Shown here in pieces: positions 60,528 through 64,000 of a DNA stretch of 64,000 nucleotides. The notes below the pieces were generated by a model. It worked only from the letters and a program-made list of their open reading frames with translations. It searched no databases and had not been told where the DNA came from. Both the position numbers and the translations under genes were made by a program. Each line of letters opens with the position of its first letter. Positions within the stretch are counted from its first letter, which is position 1. The DNA is from Escherichia phage vB_EcoM_E9.1. Where the stretch lies: the sequence record PP886230, one strand, 5' to 3'.

Positions 60528-61940
60528 ATGGCTAAAAGTAAAAAAACAGAAAATCATAATATCGATAACCAAACACTAACTCTACTAGATTATAACAGTT
60601 CTGATTATGTGAATACAACATCACTAGAATATTCGATGTATACACTAGACCGTGCTATTCCTGGAATTGATGGTCTAAAGAGTTCACAACGTAAAGCAAT
60701 CTTCACATTATCTAAAATTAGTGGGGAAATTAAGACAGTATCATGTGCTGGAAAAATGATTAGTGATGGTATCTATCTTCATGGGGACATGTCAGCATCA
60801 GGAACACTTCAAAATCTAGCATCTCCAGTAGCTAACAACTATCCTCTTATTGGAAAACGTGGTGGTTTTGGTACACAAGTAAACAGTACACCAGCATCTG
60901 CTCGTTACACTTATGTTAAAAAGAATAAGAGTACTGAGATGCTTGTTTTGCGTGATGCTGATATTATACCAATGAAAGAGAACTATGACGGGACAACATA
61001 TGAACCTGTTCATTTCTTGCCTATTATTCCATTATCATTGTTTGGTAATGATAGTATGTCAGTTGGTTATAAGAGTACAATTCTACCACATAAAATTGAA
61101 GATATTATTGATAATTGCATTCGTGCTATTGATAAAAAACCACTAAAAGAAATGACCCCATATTATGTTTCATGTGGTGCAAGTGATGTTGTGACTAAGC
61201 TTGATGAAAATAAGTATGAATTCTATGGTAAAGCTGAGGTTATTGATGCAAGCACTGTTAAAGTAACAGGCTTACCACCTAATTACAGTATTGAGAAATT
61301 CATCGAAAAACTAATCAAAATGAGTGATGATGGTGAGATTCGTGATTATGACAATGATAGTACTGATGTAATTGATATTACCATTAAACTTCCACGTGGA
61401 ACGTCAGCTAAATGGACAGAGATGGATGTTATTGAGTATTTTGGCATTAACAAAAAAATGACTCAACATTTAACTGTTCTAGGTGAAAATGGCAAAGTGA
61501 AAGTTTACGATACTACGATGGATTTGATTAAAGACTTCGTTGATTTCCGTTTCAAATATTACATCAAGCGTTATGAAAAGAAACTTGATGATTGTGCTGC
61601 TGAAGTTCGTTATAAAATTCTAATTAAAGAATGTTTCGATAATGATATGATTGCTAAGGTAAAAGGATTTGCAAACCGTGCTGAAATGGTTGAATTCGTT
61701 AAATCGTTAAATACCGAAATTGAAGCAACGGAAGAGAATATTCAAAGCATTGTAAACTTCCCTTCATATCGCTGGACGCAAGATAATTATCAATCAGTAC
61801 TACAAGATATTCAAGATAATCTTGATTTGATGGATAAGTACAATGAACTGTTATCTAATCATGACTTAATTTGGGACATTTATAAATCTGAACTAAAAGA
61901 ACTAAGAAAGATTGACTTTACTCCTAAATCAGACAATTGA
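60528..61940 (+). CDS. gp52: DNA topoisomerase II medium subunit (T4 gp52-like, GyrA-type cleavage core)
   Basis: YTLDRAIPGIDGLKSSQRKAIF and PASARYTYVK parallel GyrA ([36 protein letters not shown] with catalytic Tyr). Confidence 0.85.
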   Translation: MAKSKKTENHNIDNQTLTLLDYNSSDYVNTTSLEYSMYTLDRAIPGIDGLKSSQRKAIFTLSKISGEIKTVSCAGKMISDGIYLHGDMSASGTLQNLASPVANNYPLIGKRGGFGTQVNSTPASARYTYVKKNKSTEMLVLRDADIIPMKENYDGTTYEPVHFLPIIPLSLFGNDSMSVGYKSTILPHKIEDIIDNCIRAIDKKPLKEMTPYYVSCGASDVVTKLDENKYEFYGKAEVIDASTVKVTGLPPNYSIEKFIEKLIKMSDDGEIRDYDNDSTDVIDITIKLPRGTSAKWTEMDVIEYFGINKKMTQHLTVLGENGKVKVYDTTMDLIKDFVDFRFKYYIKRYEKKLDDCAAEVRYKILIKECFDNDMIAKVKGFANRAEMVEFVKSLNTEIEATEENIQSIVNFPSYRWTQDNYQSVLQDIQDNLDLMDKYNELLSNHDLIWDIYKSELKELRKIDFTPKSDN

Positions 61941-61981
61941 TATATTTAATGGAAGACCTTATGGGTCTTCCTTGTCCTTTA

Positions 61982-61997
61982 TATAAATAATCTATAG
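61982..61997 (+). promoter_or_regulatory. Late promoter TATAAATAATCTATAG
   Basis: TATAAATA at 61982-61989, 38 nt upstream of the open-ended ORF. Confidence 0.55.
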
Positions 61998-62027
61998 ATA
62001 ATGGCAGCTTGGCTATGGAGAATTATA

Positions 62028-64000
62028 ATGACAACTTTTACCCCACGATGGGATATAAAAGCCGATGCTCGATATATACAAGAAGGACAAGACATTCTTG
62101 TGCGTTTGAGTATCAATAAAGAAAGCACAACGGATGATAGCTATGTATTAAATGAAGATGAATACTTAGAAATGATTCTTAACATACAATGCTTGGATAG
62201 TTCAGGTGCTGTATTTGATCCAGAACCACATTATACTTTTTATGTTGGTAATGACGAAAATACTTTTGTTCCTATTTCAGATGGTACAACTGGTAATAAA
62301 TTAGTAAATGGTAAGCATAAGTGTAAAATCAGCAAAAATGAATTTAACTTATCTGCAAGTACTAATAGTGAAGATGTTTATTTTATAAAAATTCATTGTA
62401 AAAATGATGGAACCTATAATAATACAGAAATTATAAATTTTTATTTACAAGCAGTAAATGTTATGTATTTTGGAAATATTTCACCAAGTGGTGTTCTAGG
62501 ATTAACTGATACATCAATAACATATGATAGTCAAGAAGTTTGGGTTACACCCGGAGTTGAGATTGGTGATGACAAAAAGCTTTATTGTATTGGTGATGTT
62601 GAGTATGGCTCCAACAGTACATTGTTCGTTCAAGGATTTGGAAGAAGACGACCTTTCATTTTGGGTACTGACATGACTACTGATATTACACCTCGTGTCT
62701 TTTTTCCAGCATATCGTTTGATTGACATGGATATTTCTGAAGTTCCAGATAAACATATTACGAATGATTTCGCAGTATTCAAGCCAGCACAATCAACATG
62801 GCCTATTTCTGGTATAAACAAAGAAGTAAAAGTTAATATTCAAAATAGAAATGGTAATTTAATTGACACTGGAATGGTGTTCAACCCAAATGGGCAATTA
62901 TTGCAAACATTTTTATATGACTCAGATGCTTGTGATGCATATTTTAAAGTTGAGATTGTTGATATATTAAGTACATACACCGAAGAAAGTGAAAGGTTTG
63001 CTATCAATCAACGATATAAAGCATATCAAATGTGGGTTTGTCCTGAAGACATAGATACTATATATTCTATTTCAGAAAAACCACTACCCAATCATTTATA
63101 TCAATTAAAAGATAATGTTGTGTATCCATACGTAATTAGTGGTGAATACGATAATGGAACAATTAAGCCCGTTTATGATAGTAGTGATTGGATTGATTTA
63201 GGATATTATGACTCTACTCTTGGTGATAATATCATTGGTATGCAAAAAATGTTCAGGGTTTTGATAAACGCAGAAGAAGGTAATAATATAAACTTTATTA
63301 CTGATAGTGATTTAGGAACCATACATGTTGGTGAATATTTTGGAGACAGTATATATCCTAAAATTGAAACTGATAGCTCTAATCAAGTTTCGTATGTTTT
63401 AGATGGTGGTGATGACATTAGAAAGTATGGGATAGATTTGACACCAGATGGATATCTTGTAGGAACTGCATATGCCAAAAGTATTGATTTTAGTGAAAAT
63501 GATGATATTAAATTATCGTTTTATGTTAAAGCATTTAGTACTGAAGGTGGTGAAGCAAGAAAAATATTTAACCTTAAGATTGTAAGAGGATTCGGACAGA
63601 ATTATTTGAGTGCACATGTATTACCTTCGGTTGCATTTGAGAGAGAATGGTTTAAATGTATAAGTACTTCATCATTCACTAATCAACTATTTTTCCGACA
63701 ATCTGACAATAGATATGGTCTTCAGAAAATACCGAAGATGTTATTGAAAGAAAACTTCCTAAGTCAAACGTATCCATATACTAACCTTTCTGATATCAAG
63801 AAAGTATTGAGAAATAGTATAATTAACCCAAATGGAACTACTATTCCAAATGGAAAATTTAAAATGGTAATGGGTAATTATAAAATAATATCAGCACTTG
63901 ACAATCAAGGTAACTTACAATATGATCTATTATATAGAGAGGTTTTACCTGAAGGTTCTTTAGTATCTGTATCCAAAAATCCACGTCAATATACTCAAAT
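62028..64000 (+). CDS. Large hypothetical protein, likely virion structural (continues beyond window end); absent from ORF track
   Basis: Frame from ATG 62028 (GGAG RBS) is open through 64000 (at least 657 codons); preceded by late-promoter motif; Asn/Gly/Tyr/Asp-rich. Confidence 0.75.
   Translation, partial: MTTFTPRWDIKADARYIQEGQDILVRLSINKESTTDDSYVLNEDEYLEMILNIQCLDSSGAVFDPEPHYTFYVGNDENTFVPISDGTTGNKLVNGKHKCKISKNEFNLSASTNSEDVYFIKIHCKNDGTYNNTEIINFYLQAVNVMYFGNISPSGVLGLTDTSITYDSQEVWVTPGVEIGDDKKLYCIGDVEYGSNSTLFVQGFGRRRPFILGTDMTTDITPRVFFPAYRLIDMDISEVPDKHITNDFAVFKPAQSTWPISGINKEVKVNIQNRNGNLIDTGMVFNPNGQLLQTFLYDSDACDAYFKVEIVDILSTYTEESERFAINQRYKAYQMWVCPEDIDTIYSISEKPLPNHLYQLKDNVVYPYVISGEYDNGTIKPVYDSSDWIDLGYYDSTLGDNIIGMQKMFRVLINAEEGNNINFITDSDLGTIHVGEYFGDSIYPKIETDSSNQVSYVLDGGDDIRKYGIDLTPDGYLVGTAYAKSIDFSENDDIKLSFYVKAFSTEGGEARKIFNLKIVRGFGQNYLSAHVLPSVAFEREWFKCISTSSFTNQLFFRQSDNRYGLQKIPKMLLKENFLSQTYPYTNLSDIKKVLRNSIINPNGTTIPNGKFKMVMGNYKIISALDNQGNLQYDLLYREVLPEGSLVSVSKNPRQYTQ

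Noticed and set aside
62514-62821. Minus-strand ORFs 62514..62792 and 62630..62821
   Set aside because: Embedded antisense within the long open plus-strand frame starting at 62028, which has RBS and late-promoter support.

Overview
This window reads as a contiguous piece of a T4-like (Straboviridae-type) myovirus genome: AT-rich, densely packed, almost entirely plus-strand genes with short overlaps. Calls rest on reading the translated ORFs against remembered T4 and bacterial protein motifs; no database search was run. Recognisable modules: (1) head morphogenesis in the T4 order 20-67-68-21-22-23 (portal, core proteins, prohead protease, scaffold, major capsid); (2) tail fibre with His-rich collar motifs plus its assembly chaperone; (3) a replication and recombination set (family B DNA polymerase, sliding clamp, RNase H, gp32, UvsX, DexA-like exonuclease, UvsW, primase, DnaB-like helicase, Dda, two-subunit topoisomerase II); (4) large terminase; (5) nucleotide metabolism (NrdA, NrdB, DHFR, RNase HI). 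Module order is rearranged relative to T4. The most interesting accessory content is a cluster at 54.3-58.4 kb behind a consensus sigma70 promoter encoding a translation initiation factor IF3 homologue, a ClpS-like domain protein, a KTSC-domain protein and an HExxH-motif protein. Also notable: two tandem minus-strand paralogs of the T4 t-holin family, one interrupted by a +1 frameshift; a homing-endonuclease-like insertion after the capsid gene; a recurring late-promoter 15-16-mer; and a recurring G(G/A)GACA-N16-TATAAT promoter family. No tRNA, CRISPR array, intron or intein was found. Many minus-strand ORFs in the supplied track are antisense artefacts inside plus-strand genes. An open-ended ORF at 62028 and three short ORFs are missing from the track.
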